DNA from: Clostridia bacterium
GTDB taxonomy: Bacteria; Bacillota; Clostridia; HGM11514
Reading direction: 5' to 3'
Assembly (NCBI GenBank): GCA_045586685.1
Contig: JAZNAU010000045.1
Location: forward strand, 1 to 48,449
Length of the DNA stretch: 48,449 bases
The notes below the pieces were generated by a model. The model was not told where the DNA came from. It saw nothing but the letters and a program-made list of their open reading frames with translations, and searched no databases. The translations under genes were made by a program, and so were the position numbers. Each line of letters starts with the position of its first letter. Position 1 is the first letter of the stretch. Of this stretch, positions 1-8,316 are shown in pieces.

Positions 1-182
1 GCTTTAGTAAATGCTACTCTTTCTCCACATATACTCATAATACCATGATTTTCTACATTACATCCCATATAAGCTTTACCACTTTTAGATATAAGTAATG
101 TTCCTACAGTAAAATTTGAATATGGAACATGAGCATTTTCACTAGCTTTTTTAGCCATATTAATTAATTCTATTCTATCCAT
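1..182 (-). CDS. cdd: Cytidine deaminase (5' part; runs off the window edge)
   Basis: Not in the ORF track. Manual translation from ATG at 182 gives MDRIELINMAKKASENAHVPYSNFTVGTLLISKSGKAYMGCNVENHGIMSICGERVAFTK, with the PYS-F-VG, GCNVEN and CxER motifs of homotetrameric cytidine deaminases. AGGA SD upstream. Confidence 0.9.
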   Translation of the reverse strand, partial: MDRIELINMAKKASENAHVPYSNFTVGTLLISKSGKAYMGCNVENHGIMSICGERVAFTK

Positions 183-214
183 ATATTCACATCCTATTAC
201 ACTAAAACTATAGC

Positions 215-261
215 ATAACGGTTTACCCGTACACGCTTGGCGTATACGGGTAAACCGTTAT
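215..261. repeat. 22-bp-arm inverted repeat (one mismatch)
   Basis: ATAACGGTTTACCCGTACACGC-TTG-GCGTATACGGGTAAACCGTTAT. Confidence 0.9.
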
Positions 262-268
262 AAAAATT

Positions 269-294
269 AGGAAGCCTCTATATAGAGGCTTCCT
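269..294 (-). terminator. Perfect 26-bp palindrome, likely terminator of the 302-943 gene
   Basis: AGGAAGCCTCTATATAGAGGCTTCCT just after the stop codon, followed by AATTTTT on the minus strand. Confidence 0.7.
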
Positions 295-301
295 CTTTAT
301 A

Positions 302-943
302 CTACTTCTTCAGGTTTTTTAACAATGTTTCTACTTTTACTCCACTTGAAACTCCACGTGCTACAGAGACTTTTTCTTCATCGAAAGCTGACAGCGCATA
401 TCCTTCTGGGGTTACATAATACATTCCATCTACGATATAATGGTTTCGGCTACTTTTTTTCTTATCCTTTGCTACTGGAACGACAACTCTCATTCCATCA
501 GACAAGGATGGATTATAGTTTATGAAATCCATATTAGCAGTAATTGTTATCAAGTCTCCCTTTCTATACTTTCCTTCGGTGTCTTCAATAACCTCTATTG
601 CATATTCGTAAAATTCAAAAACTTCTTTTATTCCATTTTTATTTCTTTTTTCGCTTAGCATTTCATTTGACAAAGACGTAGTAACATTGTACTTCATCAC
701 TTCCCCAACAACCTCGCCAAAAACAAATGATTCAGCTTTATCCTTAACTTCAATTACATCCATTCTTTTCACTGTAAGTCCTGCTGGAGCATCAATTCCG
801 CATACGGGATATTGATTCCTTAAACTTTCAATCTGTGTCACATCAAGCCTATCTTCTGAAAAAGTCATTGACATTATACAGCATAGGCAACATATAAAAG
901 AAATTCCTGTAACTATAATAATTTTTTTGTTCTTCGTTTTCAT
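302..943 (-). CDS. Hypothetical secreted or membrane-anchored protein
   Basis: 213 aa, Lys-rich N-terminus plus hydrophobic segment, GGAGG SD; 13 bp downstream of the protease gene. Confidence 0.75.
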   Translation of the reverse strand: MKTKNKKIIIVTGISFICCLCCIMSMTFSEDRLDVTQIESLRNQYPVCGIDAPAGLTVKRMDVIEVKDKAESFVFGEVVGEVMKYNVTTSLSNEMLSEKRNKNGIKEVFEFYEYAIEVIEDTEGKYRKGDLITITANMDFINYNPSLSDGMRVVVPVAKDKKKSSRNHYIVDGMYYVTPEGYALSAFDEEKVSVARGVSSGVKVETLLKNLKK

Positions 944-956
944 TTTCCATACCTCC

Positions 957-1622
957 TTAATACTTACTGTTCATATCACTTATATCATGGGCTTGAGGTG
1001 TATAATAGTTGTTAGATTCACCCGTTCTCATAACAGAAGCAGCAGATGTCGGATTATGGTCTGTATTCGGATGCCCTAATCCAAAAGCATGTCCTATTTC
1101 ATGAACCATTGTATAACGAATTTTAGTAGAATTATCATCAAATGCACTTGATGACGGATTAAATAATATTCCTGCATATTTTATAAGCTTAGATGATGCC
1201 AACGCATCTGCCGCAGAATCTATTAAAATTCCGTCAGTTGAAGTTATGTCACACACACCTAGTATATTCCAAGAAGCTAATATGCCCCATCTGTCTTCCC
1301 AATAACTCGAATCTGCTGTAGCTAAATCAATATTTGATTCGGAAAACGAGGAATTTGTTATAGACACATGAGTAGACGCATTCGCTAAAGCATTCGGCCA
1401 TGCATTTCGAGCAACAGAATAATGACTTGTAAACGGAGCATTGAGCAAGTCATCGCTCATTTTCATGTTCACCGTACTCCCGTTGACATAATTCCATTTT
1501 AAAACAATAGGTGTTGAACCATTATAAAAAATCTCATGTGCATAAGCAAAATTCGTACTAAACAAACACGTAACAAGAATTATAAAACATATAAAAACGC
1601 ATAAATCAAACCCTCTACTCAA
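957..1622 (-). CDS. Secreted zinc metalloprotease, metzincin/matrixin (M10-like); start codon uncertain
   Basis: HEIGHAFGLGH (HExxHxxGxxH), SVM Met-turn, signal peptide ending AYA; the TTG start lacks an SD. Confidence 0.85.
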   Translation of the reverse strand: MSRGFDLCVFICFIILVTCLFSTNFAYAHEIFYNGSTPIVLKWNYVNGSTVNMKMSDDLLNAPFTSHYSVARNAWPNALANASTHVSITNSSFSESNIDLATADSSYWEDRWGILASWNILGVCDITSTDGILIDSAADALASSKLIKYAGILFNPSSSAFDDNSTKIRYTMVHEIGHAFGLGHPNTDHNPTSAASVMRTGESNNYYTPQAHDISDMNSKY

Positions 1623-1665
1623 AGAGGTCTGACTTATACGCTACGTTGCAAATTTTCTTTATTTT

Positions 1666-1746
1666 TCACATCTCTATATCATCAGAGGAACACAACCAAA
1701 GCTGCAATATAACCGAGTCAAACCTCTTTGAAAAATTGCTTACCAT
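1666..1746 (-). CDS. Putative 26-aa leader peptide MVSNFSKRFDSVILQLWLCSSDDIEM
   Basis: ATG at 1746 with strong AGGGGGAG SD, directly downstream of a SigA promoter. Confidence 0.4.
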   Translation of the reverse strand: MVSNFSKRFDSVILQLWLCSSDDIEM

Positions 1747-1781
1747 TGGTATCTCCCCCCTTTTCTGTATTTGTTGGCTTT

Positions 1782-1810
1782 ATTATAACACATCTTTTAC
1801 CAAATTGCAA
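1782..1810 (-). promoter_or_regulatory. SigA promoter of the protease operon
   Basis: TTGCAA-17 bp-TATAAT with extended TG. Confidence 0.75.
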
Positions 1811-2126
1811 GTACTTTTAGATATTTTTTCCATTATATAGATGTTTTGAACTTGTTTTATAAAATCATTTGTAATAAAGGTTTTTGTTTTATTTTTGGGT
1901 ATCTTCTTCTGGTGGATATCCCCGAAGAAGGAAAAAACCAACACTTTTATATATTTGCTTATTAATTTTTCTAAAAAACAATGCTTTTTAATGGACAGAA
2001 TCAATAAAAAATTGCGGTCGGAAAAACTTCCGCATTTTTCCGACACTTATAAATGACACCTATATAATAAATGATAAAAATTGCAAAAAGTATTTGTATT
2101 ATTGTCAAATCGACATTTATAACAGT

Positions 2127-2339
2127 TTTTATAAAAGAACGGACATCTTTTATAAAATATTGACAACTATTTATAAAAGGGTAGGACAGAAATTATAAAA
2201 TAATCAAGCAACTTTTATAAAATGTCGGTATTAGTTTTATAAAAGAGTAGGGATTTTTTTAATCGGTTTTATAAAAAAGAAAAGAGATTTTATAAAACTT
2301 TTGACAGATTTTATAAAACCTCTAATACTGTTTATAATG
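2127..2339. repeat. Phased array of ten TTTTATAAAA-type palindromes
   Basis: Central TATA at 2130, 2151, 2172, 2194, 2216, 2238, 2270, 2291, 2312 and 2333 (spacings 21,21,22,22,22,32,21,21,21). Confidence 0.9.
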
Positions 2340-2436
2340 TGCGGAACTTTGCCACACCACCAATTATGCATATAAAAAGACATCTACAATTTAATTTCTC
2401 TGCGAGATTTCAATGAAAAGTCGATTTCACAGAAAG

Positions 2437-3375
2437 TCAAGTTATAGGTAACAATGCACACAAAGATTTTGCAAAAAGCAATGCTCCTTTCTTTGCTTCC
2501 TCCATGGAGTTTCCGCTGGCGGCAACCTCTACAATCAGCATACCCGGTGCCAGATGTTGGTTAAACCTCTCCTTTCTTATATTAAGCGGTCGGGACAAGC
2601 CGGGAGCGTTTGAGTCCATTGCCTGTTGTAATTGTAATGCAAAAGCCAAATTGGTTTTCCAGTCAGGATGATTTAATCCTCCCTCATCGGTTCCTGCAAC
2701 CAGCATAATCTGTCCGGTCTCCGTTCCGTTTATGTCCGCCACAACCTGTAAACTTTGCCCATTCTCCAAGGTTGCCGCATCCCGATGAACATCCAACACA
2801 ATTTGCACAGTGGGATGTTTCTTTAACTGACGTTCTACCGTTTCCAGACAACGGGAATAGGAGCCGTTATAATCCGTATCGTGCACAGTCTTATCATGAA
2901 TGACCTTAATTCCTTGTTTTTCCAGACAGGAAGCGATTATCTCACCGATTGCAGTAACATTTTTTTTCGGGTCTGTGGACCTTTCCTCCGGTGCATAGCC
3001 CTCTGAAGTATGGGTATGTACAATTAAAACCTGAGGAGTTTTTCCTTTTACAGGCAAAAAGGAAAGATTCTGACTAAGCAATGCATCTGTATCAATATCA
3101 AAAGAAGTCTGATTCCGAAGAGCCGGTTTATATGCTTCTGCCGTTGCGGGTACGGTTTCGGGAACTACAGGAGAACTCGGCTTTTTTTGTTCCATAGCAA
3201 AAATGATGTTACTCATTTTCAGTAGATTATCAGACCATTTTGTTTCTTCCTCTGCAAGAAACACACGATTTAATATTTCTTTTGTTTGCTCTGTGGATAA
3301 TTCAAAATCAATTCCTTGAAACATCCATATTATTGTAATTCCTGCTATTAGACAAAAATACGTTATCTTTTTCAT
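2437..3375 (-). CDS. spoIIP: Stage II sporulation protein P (amidase/endopeptidase)
   Basis: VLIVHTHTSEGY, LDVHRDA, RFNQHL and LIVEV motifs; N-terminal TM segment. Confidence 0.93.
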   Translation of the reverse strand: MKKITYFCLIAGITIIWMFQGIDFELSTEQTKEILNRVFLAEEETKWSDNLLKMSNIIFAMEQKKPSSPVVPETVPATAEAYKPALRNQTSFDIDTDALLSQNLSFLPVKGKTPQVLIVHTHTSEGYAPEERSTDPKKNVTAIGEIIASCLEKQGIKVIHDKTVHDTDYNGSYSRCLETVERQLKKHPTVQIVLDVHRDAATLENGQSLQVVADINGTETGQIMLVAGTDEGGLNHPDWKTNLAFALQLQQAMDSNAPGLSRPLNIRKERFNQHLAPGMLIVEVAASGNSMEEAKKGALLFAKSLCALLPIT

Positions 3376-3396
3376 ACTTGTACACCTCTTTCTTCT

Positions 3397-3425
3397 ACTC
3401 TATGCGGACAAATTATTTTTGAGAA
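3397..3425 (-). promoter_or_regulatory. SigE-like sporulation promoter for spoIIP
   Basis: TTCTCAA-14 bp-CATAGAGT resembles the B. subtilis SigE consensus. Confidence 0.45.
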
Positions 3426-3439
3426 TTGTTTTTTTGTTA

Positions 3440-3468
3440 TTTACATTCCCGCAAAAATCAGTTATAAT
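3440..3468 (+). promoter_or_regulatory. SigA promoter
   Basis: TTTACA-17-TATAAT. Confidence 0.7.
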
Positions 3469-3497
3469 AGAAGAAAGAACAACGATGGGAGGTACGG

Positions 3498-4079
3498 ATG
3501 TTGAATAAGATGCAGTACGAAAGAGCTTTTGAGGAAGTAAACAGTCAGTTTGACGGGCAGGGCATTTTGCGCCATGTAAAGCTGAATTTTATTTCTAAAA
3601 AGTTTTTTGAAGACTTCAAATATCTCATTCAATCCGACCGATGGGGGGAAGTTGCTTTTTGTGTGGAAAGAAAGAACGGAAAAAATATTGTCATCCGTTC
3701 TCAAAGCTATCCTAAGGGCGTGTATCGTATTCCAACAGGGGGAATCCGCTACGGAGAAAAGGTTTCCCATGCCTTATATCGGGAAATACAGGAAGAATTG
3801 GGACTGACTGTTGGCTCTCCCCGTTTTCTAGGCGCGGTCTTTTATGAAATTTGTTATCGGGAAGAAAAGCTGGAATTCATTTCTTTTGTATTTCGTTTAA
3901 AGGAAACAGGCGGAACTATTTTAGAAGATGCAACCGAACAAGAAATTCATGAATTTTTGGAAGCAGATAAGAAAACGCTGACCGGAATTTGCCACAATAT
4001 GAAACAGCATCAGGGTTCCTGGCAGGATTGGTGCCAATTCCGGTTACAGACCACATCCTTTTTATTGCCTTATTTATAA
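3498..4079 (+). CDS. NUDIX hydrolase
   Basis: Nudix box GGIRYGEKVSHALYREIQEELGL. Confidence 0.9.
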   Translation: MLNKMQYERAFEEVNSQFDGQGILRHVKLNFISKKFFEDFKYLIQSDRWGEVAFCVERKNGKNIVIRSQSYPKGVYRIPTGGIRYGEKVSHALYREIQEELGLTVGSPRFLGAVFYEICYREEKLEFISFVFRLKETGGTILEDATEQEIHEFLEADKKTLTGICHNMKQHQGSWQDWCQFRLQTTSFLLPYL

Positions 4080-4094
4080 TACAGGAGGAGTCCA

Positions 4095-5636
4095 ATGAAA
4101 AAAATTATTCCCATAATACTTGCGGCAATTCTGGCAGTTGTGTTGGTGGCTTCTGCCTGTGTCCTCTTATTTACTTGTTACATCCAGCAGACCGTTGCCT
4201 ACGGCGTTCATCTTTCTGCTTTGCCGTTGGAAGGAAAAACGCTGGAACGGGCAAAAGAACAAGTCATGATGGCATCCAATAACATTACCGAAAAACCCAT
4301 TACCGTTTCTTATAATAATGTAGAAATTTTCTTTTGTCTGGAAGAAGTAGGAACAAAAATTGACTGGGAAGACGGCGTAAATCAATGTTTTTTATTAGGA
4401 AAAACAGGGAATGTATTTACCCGTGCCAAGGATATTCTCTCAGCACGGCTGGGGGGCACGGTTCTTTATCCCAACATCTCGTATAATGAAAAGGATTTAA
4501 CGGAAAAACTGAAGCCCTTGCAAAAACGAATTAAAACACCGGTAAAAGAAGCGACAATAGAGCTGGCGGGAGATTCTATTGTAATAACCGATGGAGAAAA
4601 AGGTGAGGTATTTCATACAGAAAAATTGATGCAGGATATTTTAGATGCGTTGCTTTCCGGCAGTACAGAGCCTATCCTGCTGACCACAAAAACAAAAAAA
4701 CCTTCCCCTGTTCTGGTGGAAGATTTGGCAAACCGTTATTTTAAGGATCCTGTCAATGCCCGATATATTACTGAAAACGGAGAAATTTCTATTATTCCTG
4801 ACGAAGATGGGATTTCCTTTGATAAGGATATTGCTCAAAAATTATTGGACGAAAACCAAAAAATTTGTGAGATTCCTTTGATTTATACCAAGGCAAGTAT
4901 CACCTATTCCGACCTTGATACCAATATTTTAAAAGACACCATTGCCACCTACTCCACCTCTTACGGTTCCGGTGATGCGGGACGGAATTACAATGTAGAG
5001 CTGGCGGCGGAACGGTTAAACGGAATTATCATAGAATCAGGAGAAACCTTCTCTTTTGTTGAGCAAATCGGTGACGGCTCGGAGGAACGTGGGTTTCGAA
5101 AAGCAAATGTATATTCTCGAGGAGAAATTGTGCAAGAACCAGGGGGCGGACTTTGTCAGGCGGCATCCACTCTTTATTCTGCGGTGCTGTATGCAAATTT
5201 AGAAATTGTCTCCAGAACCGCTCACTCCTTGCCAGTTACCTATATCCCTGCCGGACAGGATGTAACAATTTCTGAGGAGATTGATTTTCAATTTAAAAAC
5301 AATCAGCTGTTTCCTATTCGGATTCTGACAAGTACAAACGGAAGCACTCTAACGATTACCCTCCAGGGTACCATTGCAAATCCGGATCAGACAATCACTA
5401 TCAGCAATAGCATTACCGAAACCATTCCCTATCACAGCAAAACCGTAATGACAGATGAATTGCCGGTAGGCAGGCAAGAAATTATTCAGTACGGAACGGA
5501 CGGAAGCATTGTCACCACCTACCGTATCATTACTCAAAACGGAGAAACGGTACAGAGCAATATTGTTTCCACCAGCCGTTACAATCCTATCCCTAAGGTA
5601 ATCCGCGAGGGTGTGGAAGGAAGCGAAGAACCATAA
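4095..5636 (+). CDS. VanW/YoaR-family cell-wall protein (TM anchor, PG-binding, VanW, G5 domains)
   Basis: RNYNVELAA, GETFSF, GGGLCQAASTLY and RTAHS motifs; C-terminal G5-like segment. Confidence 0.9.
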   Translation: MKKIIPIILAAILAVVLVASACVLLFTCYIQQTVAYGVHLSALPLEGKTLERAKEQVMMASNNITEKPITVSYNNVEIFFCLEEVGTKIDWEDGVNQCFLLGKTGNVFTRAKDILSARLGGTVLYPNISYNEKDLTEKLKPLQKRIKTPVKEATIELAGDSIVITDGEKGEVFHTEKLMQDILDALLSGSTEPILLTTKTKKPSPVLVEDLANRYFKDPVNARYITENGEISIIPDEDGISFDKDIAQKLLDENQKICEIPLIYTKASITYSDLDTNILKDTIATYSTSYGSGDAGRNYNVELAAERLNGIIIESGETFSFVEQIGDGSEERGFRKANVYSRGEIVQEPGGGLCQAASTLYSAVLYANLEIVSRTAHSLPVTYIPAGQDVTISEEIDFQFKNNQLFPIRILTSTNGSTLTITLQGTIANPDQTITISNSITETIPYHSKTVMTDELPVGRQEIIQYGTDGSIVTTYRIITQNGETVQSNIVSTSRYNPIPKVIREGVEGSEEP

Positions 5637-5652
5637 AGCCTATGAAAAACTT

Positions 5653-5692
5653 AGAGGGTGTAGCAAGACGAAAGCTTCTTGCTGCACCCTCT
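5653..5692 (+). terminator. 16-bp hairpin after the VanW gene
   Basis: AGAGGGTGTAGCAAGA...TCTTGCTGCACCCTCT. Confidence 0.7.
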
Positions 5693-5788
5693 TGTATCAA
5701 CAACCATTTGTTTCTCTCCAACATTGGTTCTTGTGTATAGTTGCCTGTTTATCCATTTTTCCTTTTAAAAAATCGTTTGATTTATGAA

Positions 5789-5817
5789 TTGACAAAGACC
5801 GTAAAAAAAGGTAAAAT
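5789..5817 (+). promoter_or_regulatory. SigA promoter
   Basis: TTGACA-17-TAAAAT. Confidence 0.75.
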
Positions 5818-5856
5818 AAAGAGACATGAATAAATTTATGAACAAAGGTGATAAAT

Positions 5857-7227
5857 ATGAACGAACCAAAAGAAAATAAAATGGGTATAATGCCTGTCAA
5901 TAAGCTATTGCTGTCCATGTCCATTCCCATGATGATTTCCATGCTGGTACAAGCATTGTACAACGTGGTGGATTCTATCTTTGTGGCACAGTTAAATGAG
6001 AATGCACTTACCGCTGTTTCCCTTGCGTTCCCCATGCAAAACCTGATGATTTCTCTGGCAGTGGGAATGGGCGTTGGTGTCAATGCCAACCTATCCCGAT
6101 TTCTGGGTCAAAAGGATTTTAAATCCGTAAATAAAACTGCAGGAAACGGACTTTTGGTCAGTTTTGTCAGTTATCTTTTATTTTTGATTCTGGGCTTAAC
6201 GGCAGTAAAACCCTTTTTTACGGCACAGACGGGAGCTGATGAAACCGAAATTATTGAATACGGTGTTTCTTATCTGTCCATTTGCTGTGTTTTGTCCTTT
6301 GGTTGCTTTTTTCAGGTCATGCTGGAACGACTTTTACAATCCACAGGAAAAACTGTTTACACCATGATTGCTCAAGGAACCGGTGCTATTGTCAATATTG
6401 TATTGGATCCCATTTTAATTTTTGGATTGTTCGGGTTTCCCCGTATGGAAATTGCAGGAGCGGCTGTGGCAACCGTTGCAGGACAGATTGCGGGTGCCAT
6501 TTTGGCTCTGATTTTCAATCTTAAATGTAACCGTGAAGTTAAAGTATCGCTCAGTGCCTTTTTCCCTGATAGAAAAATTATAAAGAAAATTTTGTCCGTG
6601 GGAATCCCCTCTACTCTTATGGCAGCTATGGGATCTGTCATGACTTTTTCCATGAATAAAATTTTGGTGGCTTTTTCCACCACGGCAGTGGCGGTGTTTG
6701 GAGTATACTTTAAGCTTCAAAGCTTTATCTTTATGCCTGTATTCGGCTTGAATAATGGCATGGTGCCCATTGTTTCCTATAATTATGGTGCCCAAAAAAA
6801 ATCAAGAATTACAAAAACCATACGTTACAGTATTTTTTATTCAGCAGGCATCATGCTTATGGGACTATTGATATTTCAGATTTTCCCCGAATTTTTACTT
6901 AAATTGTTTGATGCCTCTCCTGCTATGATTGCGATTGGCGTTCCTGCTCTTCGAACCATCAGTCTGTGCTTTGTATTTGCCAGTGTTTGTGTCATTCTGA
7001 TTTCTGTCTTTCAAGCAATGGGAAGCAGTGTATTCAGTATGTTTATCTCCTTTGCAAGACAGTTGATTTTTCTGGTTCCCTGTGCATTTTTCCTGTCAAA
7101 GTTAGGAAATGTAAATTTGGTATGGTTATCATTTCCTATTGCAGAAATTGCAGCTTTCATTATTTGTGCACTTGGATTTCGTTCCTTGTACAATCGAGTA
7201 ATTGCTCCTTTGGGTGACCGTGAATAA
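5857..7227 (+). CDS. MATE family efflux transporter
   Basis: LYNVVDSIFV, NIVLDPILIFG and GAAVATVAGQ motifs; about 12 TM; ATG at 5857 after AAGGTG SD. Confidence 0.95.
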   Translation: MNEPKENKMGIMPVNKLLLSMSIPMMISMLVQALYNVVDSIFVAQLNENALTAVSLAFPMQNLMISLAVGMGVGVNANLSRFLGQKDFKSVNKTAGNGLLVSFVSYLLFLILGLTAVKPFFTAQTGADETEIIEYGVSYLSICCVLSFGCFFQVMLERLLQSTGKTVYTMIAQGTGAIVNIVLDPILIFGLFGFPRMEIAGAAVATVAGQIAGAILALIFNLKCNREVKVSLSAFFPDRKIIKKILSVGIPSTLMAAMGSVMTFSMNKILVAFSTTAVAVFGVYFKLQSFIFMPVFGLNNGMVPIVSYNYGAQKKSRITKTIRYSIFYSAGIMLMGLLIFQIFPEFLLKLFDASPAMIAIGVPALRTISLCFVFASVCVILISVFQAMGSSVFSMFISFARQLIFLVPCAFFLSKLGNVNLVWLSFPIAEIAAFIICALGFRSLYNRVIAPLGDRE

Positions 7228-7251
7228 AATCGAATTGTGTCGGCTATACTA
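7222..7251 (+). promoter_or_regulatory. SigF/SigG-type forespore promoter
   Basis: GAATA-15 bp-GGCTATACTA matches the SigF consensus spacing. Confidence 0.55.
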
Positions 7252-7270
7252 TGTTCCGGGGTGATAAATC

Positions 7271-7420
7271 TTGAAACCGGAAAAAAGGAAAAACGTTCAA
7301 CCCTACGACACCTATGCTCTTTCCGAACCACACAAAAGGGATAAACGAACTAATGTAGCGATCCCCTCTGAGGAAAACGTGGAGGATGCGAAGGAATTTG
7401 TAGATGAAAATAAAAAATAA
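7271..7420 (+). CDS. Small spore protein, DUF3787/CDIF630_02480-like (49 aa)
   Basis: Not in the ORF track. TTG start with GGGGTG SD; MKPEKRKNVQPYDTYALSEPHKRDKRTNVAIPSEENVEDAKEFVDENKK; the C-terminal IPSE..V..AKE.VDEN.K signature is recognised from memory. Confidence 0.75.
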   Translation: MKPEKRKNVQPYDTYALSEPHKRDKRTNVAIPSEENVEDAKEFVDENKK

Positions 7421-7463
7421 CCATTTGCATCCTTCAAACATGAGCAATAAAAAGGGATAAAAG

Positions 7464-7504
7464 AAAGGAAGGAATTTTTGTTTTTGAAAATTCCTTCCTT
7501 TTTA
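7464..7504 (+). terminator. Intrinsic terminator
   Basis: AAAGGAAGGAATTTT...AAAATTCCTTCCTTTTTA. Confidence 0.7.
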
Positions 7505-7573
7505 TTGATTCTAATTGTTTTATCTCTCCCCCAACGCCGTCAATGACATCGATACGAATTTCCTTTTCTGTAT

Positions 7574-7660
7574 AAAAAAATACCGAATCCTTTTAGGATT
7601 CGGCTTTCCAAATATAAAATAAAAAAGGAGGGAAAATGAAAAAACATTTAACAACGTTAC
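7574..7660 (-). ncRNA. Candidate ~87-nt sRNA with anti-SD motif
   Basis: TTGCAA-17-TATAAT promoter (7695-7667); terminator CCGAATCCT/AGGATTCGG plus U7; body contains UUCAUUUUCCCUCCUUUU. Confidence 0.6.
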
Positions 7661-7753
7661 AAGTTAATTATACCACCCTTTTCTTAATTTTGCAATACAT
7701 TTTTTAGACAAATATAATAAAACCGAAGAACGTTTTTTGTTTAATTGTTACAA

Positions 7754-8314
7754 TCAATCCTTCTTTTTAAGAAAAAGCAAGGGAAACAGGGCGCTGCCAA
7801 TATGAAACATATGCCATACGCGAAAGGAAAGCTTCCATTCTGTTTCGATGGTGACACCGGCTTTGTTAAATTCAGGCAGAATCTGAATTTTTGTTTCCTT
7901 CACTCCTATGAAATGCTGAAGTAAGGCGTAAATGTCATACACCATTCCCGAAACAATCCCATACACAAGTGCCGTTTTCGCCGCATCCTCAAAACCGCCA
8001 ACATATAAAAATTCCAGCCGTTCAATATTCAGTTTTTTTGATCCCCGACGCAAGGCCTTTTTCAGATGTTTTTTAGATCTGGTATAAAAGGATTGGAAGC
8101 TTTTTATCTTCTGTAAAAATCCTTTTGACTTTTCCTGCGGTTGAGAGGACTTTTTATTCTTTTTTTCTCTTTGCTTCAACAAAATCCCACCTATCCGAAT
8201 ACGAATATGGGAAGTGTTCTCACGATACTCAAAGGCAACTTCAATTTTTATGAACAAAAAAACCACTAATAACAACAGTAATACAGCAATCAGATATTTT
8301 ACCATCTGTTCCAC
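7754..8314 (-). CDS. DUF2953 (YtfI-like) membrane-anchored protein
   Basis: N-terminal TM, GFEDAAKTALVYG motif, position downstream of scpB; the true start may be ATG 8305. Confidence 0.75.
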   Translation of the reverse strand: MEQMVKYLIAVLLLLLVVFLFIKIEVAFEYRENTSHIRIRIGGILLKQREKKNKKSSQPQEKSKGFLQKIKSFQSFYTRSKKHLKKALRRGSKKLNIERLEFLYVGGFEDAAKTALVYGIVSGMVYDIYALLQHFIGVKETKIQILPEFNKAGVTIETEWKLSFRVWHMFHIGSALFPLLFLKKKD

Positions 8315-8316
8315 TC

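Noticed and set aside
1635-1715. Simple inversion restoring the protease reading frame
   Set aside because: Inversion keeps the 124-bp ATG-to-TTG distance, which is out of frame, so inversion alone cannot switch the full protein on.
2127-2339. CRISPR array or oriC interpretation of the phased repeats
   Set aside because: Repeats (10 bp) and spacers (11-12 bp) are far too short for CRISPR and no cas gene is present. No TTATCCACA DnaA-box cluster or dnaA gene is seen.
4095-5636. Vancomycin resistance locus
   Set aside because: VanW/YoaR-domain proteins are common cell-wall proteins; no vanA/B/H/X/R/S genes are nearby.
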